Assembly: GCF_006345805.1 (NCBI RefSeq)
Contig: NC_042999.1
Span: 129,518,001 to 129,582,000 of the forward strand
DNA: 64,000 nucleotides
Direction: 5' to 3'
From: Octopus sinensis
Lineage: Eukaryota
The notes beneath the pieces were generated by a model. It was not told the origin of the DNA and searched no databases. It was given only the letters and a program-made list of their open reading frames with translations. Shown here one piece after another: positions 52,191-62,497 of this stretch. The stretch's first letter is position 1. Each line of letters starts with the position of its first letter. Made by a program: the position numbers and the translations under genes.

Positions 52191-52869
52191 AAACACACAC
52201 ACACACAATGCTTACGTTATTAGAGCTGCTTATAATTCAAAATTCAGTTTTGTTTTATTTGTACGGCACTGTTGCACATCAAATACCCTCTACACTATGT
52301 GTGTGTATCCAAATTTTTTTAATTTAAGAAATTTCAAATCGATTTTTTTTTCCTTCAGAAAATTCAGAAATTCGGTCATTTGAATTAAAAGCACTTCATA
52401 ATTAGGTCGGCTAGAGTTATCATATCTAAAGCAGGAGAGAGTCTAAAACTCAACTGGAAATAAATATGCATGAGAAAAAAAAAGTCAAAATAAAATACAA
52501 TATTAGCCAATGTCCAATATTATTTTTCTCCGCCTGGTAAGCATGGGAGACAACTCCAAATAAGTTTCAGTATTAATCTGACTTCCTCAGTGAAACATAA
52601 CCTTCATAAACTTCAAAAGTAGTGATGTGAGAATCACTAAGTGAATATACAAGATCGTACATTTGTTGGAATAGTGGGAGGGGGGGAATGTTAATTATAA
52701 TGTAAGTACGACAGTGTAGTTCAGATGTTTGCTTCAAAAATATATAGTCAATTTGATTGCATACTATTCTCAACAAGTGTCTTCTACCATAGTCATAGGT
52801 TGATCAATGTCTTGTGAGTGAAATTAAATGGAAGAAAACTATCCAGAATTTTGCTCTGTGTGTGTGTGT

Positions 52870-53245
52870 ACTCTTTTACTCTTTTACTTTTAGTCATTTG
52901 ACTGCAGCCATGCTGGAGCACCGCCTTTAGTTGAAGAAACCAACCCCAGGACTTATTCTTTGTAAGCCTATTACTTATTCTATCAGTCTCTTTTGCTGAA
53001 CTGCTAAGTTATGGGGATATAAACACACTAACATCAGTTGTCTAACAATGGCACAGGGACAAACACAGACACACACACACGTATACAGACTTCTTTCAGT
53101 TTCTGTCTACCAAATCAACTCACAAGATTTTGGTCGGCCTGAGGCTATAGTAGAAGACACTTGCCCAAGGTGCCACGCAGTAGGACCAAACCTGGAACCA
53201 TGGGATTGGGAAGCAAGCTTCTTACCACACAGCCACTCCTGCACC
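52870..53245 (-). mobile_element. SINE family A, full length
   Basis: Well-preserved head at 53245 and CTCTTTTA-repeat tail at 52870. Confidence 0.9.
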
Positions 53246-53543
53246 TTAATATATATGAATTTTAAAATACATAGAATTATAGATCCATTTTGGCTCTCCT
53301 TATTAATCAGTTTCAAATTGGGTATAAGATAACTGGGTCGTTAACTGAAACCATATGCTCTTCAGAAATGGTAGATATAGAAAAAGTATGGTGACTTTTT
53401 TCTAAACTTGCCACCTCTGAAGAGCAGGTGGTGTTTGTTATGTAATATCTGGTTATCTAACATCCAATGTGAAACTGATTGATAAGCTTCACCAAAATGG
53501 ATCTATAATGCTATATACTTTGATTAATATATCCACCCTATTA

Positions 53544-53868
53544 ATCACTCAACTACGGTAGTGGTTGAATATATTCTTAAGTCCACCATTTCGTCAATCG
53601 CAGCAGCTTCCAAGCTTCACCACTGATTCAGTTCTCAACTAAATTGCAAACTGTTAAGAGTTTTAAAGAGGACACCTCCTCAGCTACACTTTAGCATAAA
53701 TAGTTTGAGATTTGATTCAGTAGGAAATAAAGTTACATCAAAATATGTCAGACCTCAAGGGGAGCAATAAAGCACCTATTCATCTTCAATTAACATTTTA
53801 ATTTAAAATTAAAAGTATATCTTAATTAGGCTTAAATGATAGAGAAATGCATGAGGAATTCAGAATCA
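53544..53868 (+). repeat. Duplicated block A (second copy 60683-61012)
   Basis: About 7 differences in the ~200-bp core, counted by hand; the last ~115 bp are more diverged. Confidence 0.92.
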
Positions 53869-54072
53869 CTAGTCACATTGAACAAAATTTAGTAGAAAAA
53901 GAGTTATGAGGTGAAATGTTACGAAATTTCCTGTCAGTAAGTAAGGGAGTAATGCTTCATCATCATCAGCAGCAGCAGCAAGCTATAAGAATAAAGAATA
54001 TATTTCTAAAATCAATGTTTACTTTCCAAGGTGGTGAGCTTGCAGAAACGTTAGCGTGCCAGGTGAAATGCA

Positions 54073-54257
54073 TAAGTGACACATTATTAATTATCTTATA
54101 ACAGCAATGCCTGGAATAATCATGGATTACAATGAAAAATGCGAGCATGCAAAGTAATATTCTTAAGATTATAAATCTGGAAAAATATAGGACAAGTTAT
54201 TACATCTGTAAAAGTATAGGACAAGCTACTACTTTTAGTAAAGAATAAGAAACTTTT
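54073..54257 (+). repeat. Duplicated block B (second copy 61688-61873; inverted partial copy 62103-62263)
   Basis: About 13 differences in ~185 bp, counted by hand. Confidence 0.92.
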
Positions 54258-54344
54258 AGTTATATGCCATAACCAGTAATATAGAATTTGACACTGTAAA
54301 AATATACCTCCTCTATAACTTATATTGACCGTGCTTTTCTTTCT

Positions 54345-54745
54345 GACTTATGGACAACCATCTGCTGAAGTAGCAATTTCATGCACTAGCAGGGGCCATA
54401 GCAACATTGGTGTTAGCATACGCTAAAGACACCAAACCTTGTATGTATTGGGCAAAGGATGCTTGTCAATCTTGTATAGACCTCCTCTACTGTCTTAGCC
54501 ATTTCTTTCACCTGGTTGGCATCTTTCAGGGTCATGTCATATCATCTTCCAAGATTTTTCACTGGCTGCTCCGATACAGTGGGAATCTTTTGGCTGCCAA
54601 CTTAGAAGTTAATATCTTCTTTCACTTTCCCTTCCTTAAGGAAAGACTCCTAGATTTCTTGGGTTTAATTGAGCAGATTCTGGGTTTCTAACTACTTGGA
54701 TGCAAGGATAGTAATAACGTCCATGTAGGCTTTCAGGGATGGCAT
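54345..54745 (-). mobile_element. Fragment of an RLE-type (HERO-like) non-LTR retrotransposon RT
   Basis: KPKKSRSLSLRKG/KV...KIPTVSEQPVKNLGR*YD...KIDKHPLPNTYKVWCL*RML.PMLLWPLLVHEI, with frameshifts. Confidence 0.75.
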
Positions 54746-55011
54746 CATACCATATACTTTGATTTATATATATATATAAAGTATAGTTTTATAGATCCAT
54801 TTCAGACAATCTTATCAATTGGTTTTGCACCTGATAATAGATAACTCGACAGTTACCTAATATTTGGTGCAAAACCACTTGGTAAAATCAGCTGCAAACG
54901 ATCTATAATACTGTATTACTTTGACTAATCTATCTACTCTATTGACAAATAAATTAGTGCATTTTTTCAGACTTATGGATTGATAGATGACTATATATGT
55001 GTGTGCCACGA

Positions 55012-55013
<2 letters not shown>

Positions 55014-55069
<56 letters not shown>

Positions 55070-55510
55070 TGTGTACAGTGCTCAGGTGCACTACAACTCA
55101 TCTAAAGTGTATATATAATCAGGTGTAGTTTCCACGGATTTCGGAAAGCATGAGGGCCTTAAAGGATGCAGTGTCATGGCAGTCAACAACTGATGCAGGC
55201 AGTTTATTCCATGCTTCAGCAACTCTGAGCGTGAAAAAATGTTTCCGAAAGTCATGGGAGCTGTGTTGTTTTCTGACTTTGTAGGCATGTCCACGTGTGT
55301 TAGACACATGGAGATCAAAAAGGTGTTCAGTGTTGTTGTTGGTGAGGTGGTTGATAACTTTGTGGGTGTTTACCAAGTCCGTCGCCAGATGCCGGAGCTT
55401 CAGTGAATCCATGCCCAGGGAAACAAGGCGCTCAGAATATGGTAGGTGTCTGATAGGGGGTATGCGTTTGGTTGCACGTCTCTGCACAGATTCCAGGAGG
55501 TCAATGTTCT
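55014..55510 (-). mobile_element. Short 5'-truncated copy of the CR1-group LINE at 58011-60300, with a (TTA)n tail
   Basis: Track ORF 55119-55487 is closely similar to the last ~125 aa of the 709-aa ORF. (TAA)n on the plus strand at 55014-55068. Confidence 0.92.
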
Positions 55511-56489
55511 ATGAAAGCCTTTTTTCTGTTGAAGGCTTATATGCCCCTTTATTAGACTATTTTCCTTAGTCATTGCACAGTGATTGTCCTAAGCCTTAAG
55601 CTGATATAAAATACCATTATTATTATTTACAGGATTGTAAAAATGGCACCATATAAAAAAACCATTCACATCGAAAGCATATATATATATATATGACTTC
55701 CAGATGTTTTAACATCCAGTATTTTAAGGGAGTCATCTCCACTGTGCTAATTGCAGCATCCTGGCAACAAGCAAAACATAAGCATTGAGCATGTGTGGTT
55801 GATAATGTTAATGACATTAGAGCTGATTCTAATTCATAATTAAATATGTATATCAACACACTGGCTTGTGTATGTGAAGAAGAAAGATATAGATCAATAA
55901 GAAAACATAAACTAATACAAGTCAATACCTTGTGGTATTTATTCAACTCAAGCTGCACACACACACTCCTTTGTTATTCTTATGACTGGTAAAATGTGGT
56001 GAGCCACTGATTGATTGGCCCATTTGGAAATCTATAACCAATGACGCAAATGTTCACAAAAATGTGTGCGCTATATATATATAAATACATTAATATAAGA
56101 TAAATAAACTACTTTTAATCCAGAAAGTTGATTCAAGGATGTGCACTTCAAAATGCTTGCTTTTCTTATACATTCTCATTCAGAACAAAAATAAATTTAT
56201 GGATATATGAATACTTGCACATGAATATTTTCTGTTTACTAGTCAATCAAAAAAACCAGCTCCCATCCCATTTCCGTCTTTTGTAATCTGTGTACATGCA
56301 TGTGCATGTAACTGAGTACAATCACATAGTTTTTATGTATATGTATGACTATGTCCTGATATCTAACTTCCTTTCTTCTAAGCCTTGTGTTTATGTAGGA
56401 GATCAATATATTTAAGTGTTTAGAAATTAGACTAGTGAGAAAATGGATCAATAAAAATCAGAAAAGGAAAATGCCAGCAATTTGAGATC

Positions 56490-56880
56490 ACATCATCACT
56501 ATCATCATCATCGTCATCATTATTTTAACAACCACTTTTCCATGTTTGCATGGGTCAGATACAGCTTTTTGTTTTATTGAAGTAGATTTTCTATGGCTGG
56601 ATGCCCTTCCTGTCACCACCCTCACCTGTTTTCAAGCAAAGTAATACTTACTCAGTGTATTAGAAATGAATGACATTGCTTGTATGACAGAGACGAACAT
56701 TAACAACTATCACATAATGTTGAAGACAAAGACACACACATACATATATGTGACAGGCTTCTTTCAGTTTCCATCTATGAAATCCTGTCACACAGCTTTG
56801 GTCAGCATGGTGTTATAGTTGAATACATTTGTCCTAGGTGCCATGCAGTGGGACTGAACCTAGTTGGACAAGCAAACTTT
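56490..56880 (-). mobile_element. RTE-tail fragment followed by a SINE family A fragment
   Basis: CATCATCATCGTC...GGCTGGATGCCCTTCCTGTCACC, then GGCTTCTTTCAGTTTCC...GGTGCCATGCAGTGGGACTGAACC. Confidence 0.75.
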
Positions 56881-57341
56881 TTATCATACACTCAAGTCTT
56901 GAAAAAAAAAGCATGAATATCATGGCCTTAAGCTTAGTAAAAGAAATCAAGAAGATGTAAAGAGTACTATAGAGTCTACAATTTCTGGTCATTTTTAAAG
57001 CACTGAGTCTGCTAACTACTCATTTAAAAAAAAAAGATAATGAACTGCAGAAGATAGCGAAGATGGACTGATAGATGTTGTGAGGAGAAATGGGATGAGA
57101 CATTTGGGTCATGTGCTGAGAAAGGATGAAAATGATAGTATGAAATAACTGTAGAAGGAAGTAAAAAAAAGGAAAGAGTGGTGAGGAAGAATAAAGATAT
57201 GTCTAAAGGTCATGGCAGAGGAAATGGGGACAAGGGGATTAGTAAAGTGGTATCCAGAGGTTAGGGTGAAATGGAAATCTGCAAGGTAAAACACTGATTT
57301 AGCATGAAAATGGTCTTTGAATAGTAGTGTTGTGGCCACAT

Positions 57342-58010
57342 CAATGTGGTTGTTCTCTAAGAGACAATGAGACTACCATTTAGCCCCAGGAAGACAGCTC
57401 CAGCTGGTTTCTTCAGAGCACTTCTCACACTCGATATTTATTGCAAGCAAGAGATAATTCCTGCCACCCTAGCTCTGAATCCACCAGACTATGTGGCTTA
57501 AATCTGTATTGGATCCCCTCAGTGTTGAATGCTTGCCCATCAGGAATTGTAGCAGTTAAACCTCACTTGCAATATATAGAAAATACAGTGTCATATGATC
57601 ACTGATTTTGTAACTAGGAAACTAGTCTGTTAGAAAATCTTTGTTTGAGATAGAAGCAGTATATGAGCCAAAATGTATTGATTATGTCCACTTTAATGTG
57701 GCTGTCCTCTAAGAGACGTTGATACTGCCATTTAACCCCAGGAAGACATTTCATCCAGTTGGTTTATTCAGTGTGCTTCTCACACTCAATATTTATTGCA
57801 AGCAGAAGATAACTCCTGCCACCCTAACTCTAAGACCACTAGACTACGTGGCTTAAATCTGTATTGGATCTCCTCAGTAATGGGTACTCATTCACCAGGC
57901 ATGGCAGCAGTTTAACCTTGCTTGAAATATAAAGAAAATACAGCGTCTTACAATCACTGATATTTCTGTTCAAGATAGAAACAATATATGAACCAAAAAG
58001 TATTGTTTAT
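57342..58010 (+). repeat. Tandem duplication, two units of ~350 and ~315 bp
   Basis: AATGTGG...CTCTAAGAGAC...CCCCAGGAAGACA...CTTCTCACACTC...GTGGCTTAAATCTGTATTGGATC...GATAGAA...GTATTG occurs twice, roughly 80% identical by eye. Confidence 0.9.
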
Positions 58011-60300
58011 ATAATAATAATAATGAAATTATTGTATACAGTGCTCAGGTGCACCACAACTTGTCAGAAAGTGCATATAAAGTACATGCAGTAATGTAGA
58101 AATGTCTGGAAAGCGAACAATGTATGAGTCAGATACATGCTTGTGTGTGTATGGAGGGGAGAAAATCAAGTGTATTGTTGGCGAATCTCAGGAAGCATGG
58201 AAGTTTTGAAGGATGCAGTTACCCGACAACTAACAACCGATGCCGGCAGTTTGTTCCATGCTTCAGCAACTCTCAGCGTGAAAAAATGTTTCCTGAAGTC
58301 ATGGGAGCTGTGCTGTTTTCTTACTTTGTAAATATGTCCACGGGTGTTAGATGGGTGGAGTTTGAAGAGGTGCTCAGAGTTATTGTTTGTGCAATGGTTG
58401 ATAATTTTATGGGTGTCTGCCAAGTCAGCTGCCAGACGTCGGAGTTTCAATGTGTCCATGCCCAGGGAAGTAAGGCGTTCAGGATATGGCAAATGCCTGA
58501 TGGAGGGTATTCTTTTGGTTGCATGTCGCTGAACAGCTTCCAGACGATTGATGTCCTGGGCAAGATAGGGGTTCCAGACCGGTGATGCAAATTCCAGGTG
58601 AGGTCTTACCATAGCTATATAAAGCCGCAGATAGATAGCCGGAGAGCGGCTCACAAAGGATTTGGTGACACCCTCAGCCTTCTTGACAATTTTAGCGATG
58701 TGTTTTGTCCAACGCAAATCACTGTCGACAATAACACCCAGGTCGCGTTCACATGAAGACTTTTTGAGACTAGTGTTGTGGAGGGAGTAGGTGGACGCTG
58801 GGTTTCTCCTCCCAAAATGCATGGTGGTACATTTGTCCACAGCCAGCTTGAGTTGCCAGTCCATGATCCACTGCTGCATTGTGTCCAGGTCTGCTTGCAA
58901 TAGAGATCTATAGTGTACAGGATTTGACCTCTTTATTTCGAGGTACAGCTTGATGTCATCTGCATATTTCAGCACTGTGGCATTCTTTAAGTTGGCATCT
59001 ATGTCATTAACATATGCAACAAATAAAAGGGGGCCAAGAACAGATCCCTGTGGTACACCAGATATCATCTCATAGGGCGAAGAGTGCTGTCCTAGAACTG
59101 TGACAACCTCTTTTCGGCTGAAAATAAAGGACTTTAACCAGTTATAGAGTTCGTCTCTTACACCCAACGCAGAAAGCTTCACCATAAGTCTTTTGTGTGG
59201 CACAGAGTTAAAAGCCTTAGCAAAGTCCAGGTAAACAACATCCACCCAGGATCTGCGATCAGTGATTTGGGTAACGTCCTCAAGAAACTCGATGAGTTGA
59301 TTACAGCAGCTGGAGTTAGGAATAAATCCGAATTGTGACGGCTGGATGAGGCTGTGAGACTTCCAGAAGTTCCAGAGGATTTCTCTGATACAGGATTCCA
59401 TCAGTTTGGCGATGCAGCTAGTAAGACTGACGGGGCGATAGTTGACAGGCGATGTGCGGTCGCCTTTTTTGAACAGAGGGATGACACTGGCAGTTTTCCA
59501 CTGTTCTGGAGTAACACCATTGTCAAGACAGAATTGGAAGAATAGAGAAAGTTGGCTTAGAAGAAAGTACCCACCGTGTTTGAGAAGTAGGTATGTAACA
59601 CCATCGAGACCAGGAGAGGCATAATTGCGTTTATTCTTTAGGTGGCATTGCAGCATTGCTGGTGTAAATTGCATAGTAGATATAGAGTCCGATGTCAGTG
59701 GTGATGAAGATGGAACATTTTGGTCTTCGACAGTAAAGATGCCGGCATAGAATCCAGCAATGATTTCTGCACATTCTTCGGGATTGCCAGTAATCTGTCT
59801 TGTGTGGGGATTGCGAAGGGGACCAACTGGAGAGTGGGGTCTCTGCTTTGAGTGCACATACTTCCAGAACACTTTGCTGTCAGGCTTAGCTGCAATGCAT
59901 TGTTCAAATTCAAGCACTGCCTTTTTTGTCACCTGCTTGAGGTGGTTGGCTGACCTATTGTGCTTTTTCCTGTTGCTCTCTGATTTGTGCAATTTGTATT
60001 CCCGTTCAGCATTACGGCGTTCTTTCCTGGCAAGTCGGACTGCTGCAGTCTCCCAAATTGCACTATTGGGTGGTTTTTTGTGCTTGCATGGTACTGATGC
60101 TGCACATGCTGCCCATATTGAATTCAGAATGTTCTGAAGTATAGTGTCCACATCTCCAGAGGCATAAAATTCACGCCAGTTTGGGCGTTGCAGCTCAGTA
60201 CAATAAGAGCTCCAGTTTGCTTTATTCCAGTCAAAGCAGGCAGTCTGAAGATGGTTGTGTTTTTTGTTACAACCAATCAGAGACAAGTCGGCCATATGTG
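58011..60300 (-). mobile_element. 5'-truncated CR1-group LINE with an uninterrupted RT ORF and a (TTA)n-like tail
   Basis: Tail at 58011-58032, 3' UTR ~58033-58165, ORF 58166-60295. CpG-rich, which suggests a young insertion. Confidence 0.93.
58166..60295 (-). CDS. LINE ORF2 reverse transcriptase (709 aa, endonuclease domain missing)
   Basis: YRPVSLTS, QFGF, YLDFAKAFNSVPH, SGVPQGSVLGPLLF..YVND, KYADD, ERDLGV, HLEFASPVWNP, FFTLRVAEAWNKLP. Confidence 0.9.
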   Translation of the reverse strand: MADLSLIGCNKKHNHLQTACFDWNKANWSSYCTELQRPNWREFYASGDVDTILQNILNSIWAACAASVPCKHKKPPNSAIWETAAVRLARKERRNAEREYKLHKSESNRKKHNRSANHLKQVTKKAVLEFEQCIAAKPDSKVFWKYVHSKQRPHSPVGPLRNPHTRQITGNPEECAEIIAGFYAGIFTVEDQNVPSSSPLTSDSISTMQFTPAMLQCHLKNKRNYASPGLDGVTYLLLKHGGYFLLSQLSLFFQFCLDNGVTPEQWKTASVIPLFKKGDRTSPVNYRPVSLTSCIAKLMESCIREILWNFWKSHSLIQPSQFGFIPNSSCCNQLIEFLEDVTQITDRRSWVDVVYLDFAKAFNSVPHKRLMVKLSALGVRDELYNWLKSFIFSRKEVVTVLGQHSSPYEMISGVPQGSVLGPLLFVAYVNDIDANLKNATVLKYADDIKLYLEIKRSNPVHYRSLLQADLDTMQQWIMDWQLKLAVDKCTTMHFGRRNPASTYSLHNTSLKKSSCERDLGVIVDSDLRWTKHIAKIVKKAEGVTKSFVSRSPAIYLRLYIAMVRPHLEFASPVWNPYLAQDINRLEAVQRHATKRIPSIRHLPYPERLTSLGMDTLKLRRLAADLADTHKIINHCTNNNSEHLFKLHPSNTRGHIYKVRKQHSSHDFRKHFFTLRVAEAWNKLPASVVSCRVTASFKTSMLPEIRQQYT

Positions 60301-61736
60301 GTTTTAAAATACTGCTAGTAGTTATAGTAGTAGCAGCTGCACTTGTTGTCTTTTCTGTTTACAAGTCAGTCCTTATAGAACAGACTTATGATCAAAAGTG
60401 TTCCAGCTGTGACCAGCTTATCTTATTTTCTGGTGTATAGTAGCTACGACTACATTATCCAATATGTCCATCCTTCAAAGGACAGTTGGGGTGGGATGAG
60501 TGATAATTGCCTGCTATTTCTGCTACTTCTAGAGGTTGAAGCAATTGCATTGAGGTTATTGAGGTTCATACAGTGGTTTGTGTAGAAACTTCTTTATTGG
60601 CATGTGTAGAACTTCTCTCATTAGTTTATATATGATCCGTTTGATGTGCTTCATGAAGCTGAGAAAATGTACAGGAAATAACTATCATTCAACCTCGGTA
60701 GTGGTTGAATATATTCTTAAGTCCACCATTTCGTCAATTGCAGCAGCTTCCAAGCTTCACCAATAATTCAGTTCTCAACTAAATTGCAAACTGTTAATAA
60801 TTTTAAAGAGGACACCTCCTCAGCTACACTTTGGCATAAATAGTTTGAGATTTGGTTCAGTAGGAAATAAAGTTACATCAAAATATGTCAGACCTCAAGT
60901 GGGCAGTAAGGCAGACATTCATCTTCAATAAACATAATTTTAAAATTTTAAATTAAAAGTATACTTTTCTTAGGCTTAAATGATAGAAAAATGCATGAGG
61001 AATTCAGAATCATGAAACTCAGCTTTTGACTTACTTTCTAACTTCTGCCAATGATATATATACATGTTACAAAGTATCCCCCTACCTAAATCACACGCCC
61101 ATTGTATGTAATGTCCTACATTATCCCTAAAAAGATAGTTTGCTGAAGGCTGGAATGTCTTTGATGACAGGTTTGCAGTATCAGAGCTGATTTGAGGCTA
61201 AATAATAACAACATTATGATAAATTTCTATATTAACACCGGCAAGATTTTCACTAAGAAAAAAACCCAAAAAATTTGACTTTTTGCATGGAATCAATTAC
61301 CCTGACCTTCTAATATGTTGCAAATCCCTTATTTTGGTTTAGAAAAAATGAATTAGGGGAAGTCCCCCACCCCAACCCCGAATCATTGGAATTTTTTTTT
61401 TTCATTGACTGAATTCCTGTGACCTCCTAATATTGCAAAATTAGGTTACTTAAGGTGAGCCTGGTAATTGATGGTTTTGGGGTCTTGTTGTTTTAACTTT
61501 TGGTGAGCCATGGTGCAACCAACAACATGGTAAAAATCCCTGCCATTAATTTGGTGTGGATGGGTAATATCAAATAATTCGATCACAATAAAAATTAAAC
61601 ATGAAAAAAATTGAAATATTATCATCACTTACATGGAAAAATTGAAATACTATATTTCAATATTTTGTAAGGTAAAATCTTAAATTATTAAGTAACACAT
61701 TATTAATTATCCTATAACAGCAATGCCTGGAATAAT

Positions 61737-62263
61737 CATGGATTACATGGAAAAATGTGAGCATGAAAAGTAATATTCTTAAGATTATAAATCTGGAAAA
61801 GTATAGGACAAGTTATTACACGTGTAAAAGTATAGAACAAGCTATTACTTCAAGTAAAGAATAAGAAACTTTTTACTTAAAATATTGCAGCTAAAATTAA
61901 AATTTGAATATCAAAAATTATTTTATTATAGTTTACAAATAACACTATACTTATTTAAATAGAATTTGGCTAATTTACTACCTTAAATACGGAAAAAAGT
62001 GACTAATTAAATAAACTTACAAATTAGCTGAACAGTTTTGTACAATAAATTTTGAAAATGAGAACTGTAAAGAGTGATAAATTAGAAGAACTGGCATTCT
62101 TTGCTGCAATATTTTAACTAACAAGTTTCTTATTCTTTACTTTACTAGAAGCAATAGCTTGTCCTATACTTTTACAGGTGTAATAACTTGTCCTATACTT
62201 TTCCAGATTTATAATCTTAAGAGTATGACTTTTCATGCTTGCATTTTTCCATGTAATAACATG
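61737..62263. mobile_element. Fold-back/MITE-like element with ~155-bp inverted arms (61737-61891, 62103-62263) and a 211-bp AT-rich spacer
   Basis: Arms are ~90% identical by hand, with one 5-nt indel. Internal AAAAGTATAGRACAAGYTATT subrepeat. Confidence 0.85.
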
Positions 62264-62268
62264 AATAT

Positions 62269-62497
62269 TTAACTCTTTAGCATTTAAACCAGCTATATCT
62301 GACCCAAATATTTTACTTGTTCTATGTTTTAACCAGCCAGGTCCAGCCTATCACACCTACCCTACAATGTCATTCTAAAAAATAAACAATCAGATCATCA
62401 ATATCTTGAAGCTGTGAGAAAATGCATGATTAATTTAAAATAATGCGAATAAATAAGCATAACATTTGGCAGAGTAATCTCAATGTTAAAGCACTAA
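62269..62497 (-). mobile_element. TTAA-target MITE family E
   Basis: TTAACTCTTTAGCATTTAAACC...CCTACCCTACAATGTCATTCTAAA...; decayed right end. Confidence 0.75.

Noticed and set aside
53544-53760. Minus-strand frame in block A interrupted only by TGA codons (...W*SLEAAAIDEMVDLRIYSTTT), suggesting Sec/Trp recoding
   Set aside because: Differences between the two copies are mostly non-synonymous (S/P, L/P, T/I, L/I, Q/Y). There is no start or splice context and no recognisable homologue.
54821-54878. 12-bp perfect inverted repeat TGGTTTTGCACC...GGTGCAAAACCA
   Set aside because: Short, resembles mariner-type TIR scraps, and there is no supporting context for an ncRNA.
52505-55700. Divergent plus-strand gene (donor CTG|GTAAGC at ~52537; acceptor + ATG at ~55633-55644)
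   Set aside because: No coherent multi-exon ORF could be assembled; the second candidate stops after 17 codons in a TA repeat.
58124-60137. Plus-strand ORFs overlapping the LINE
   Set aside because: Antisense shadows of the RT ORF.
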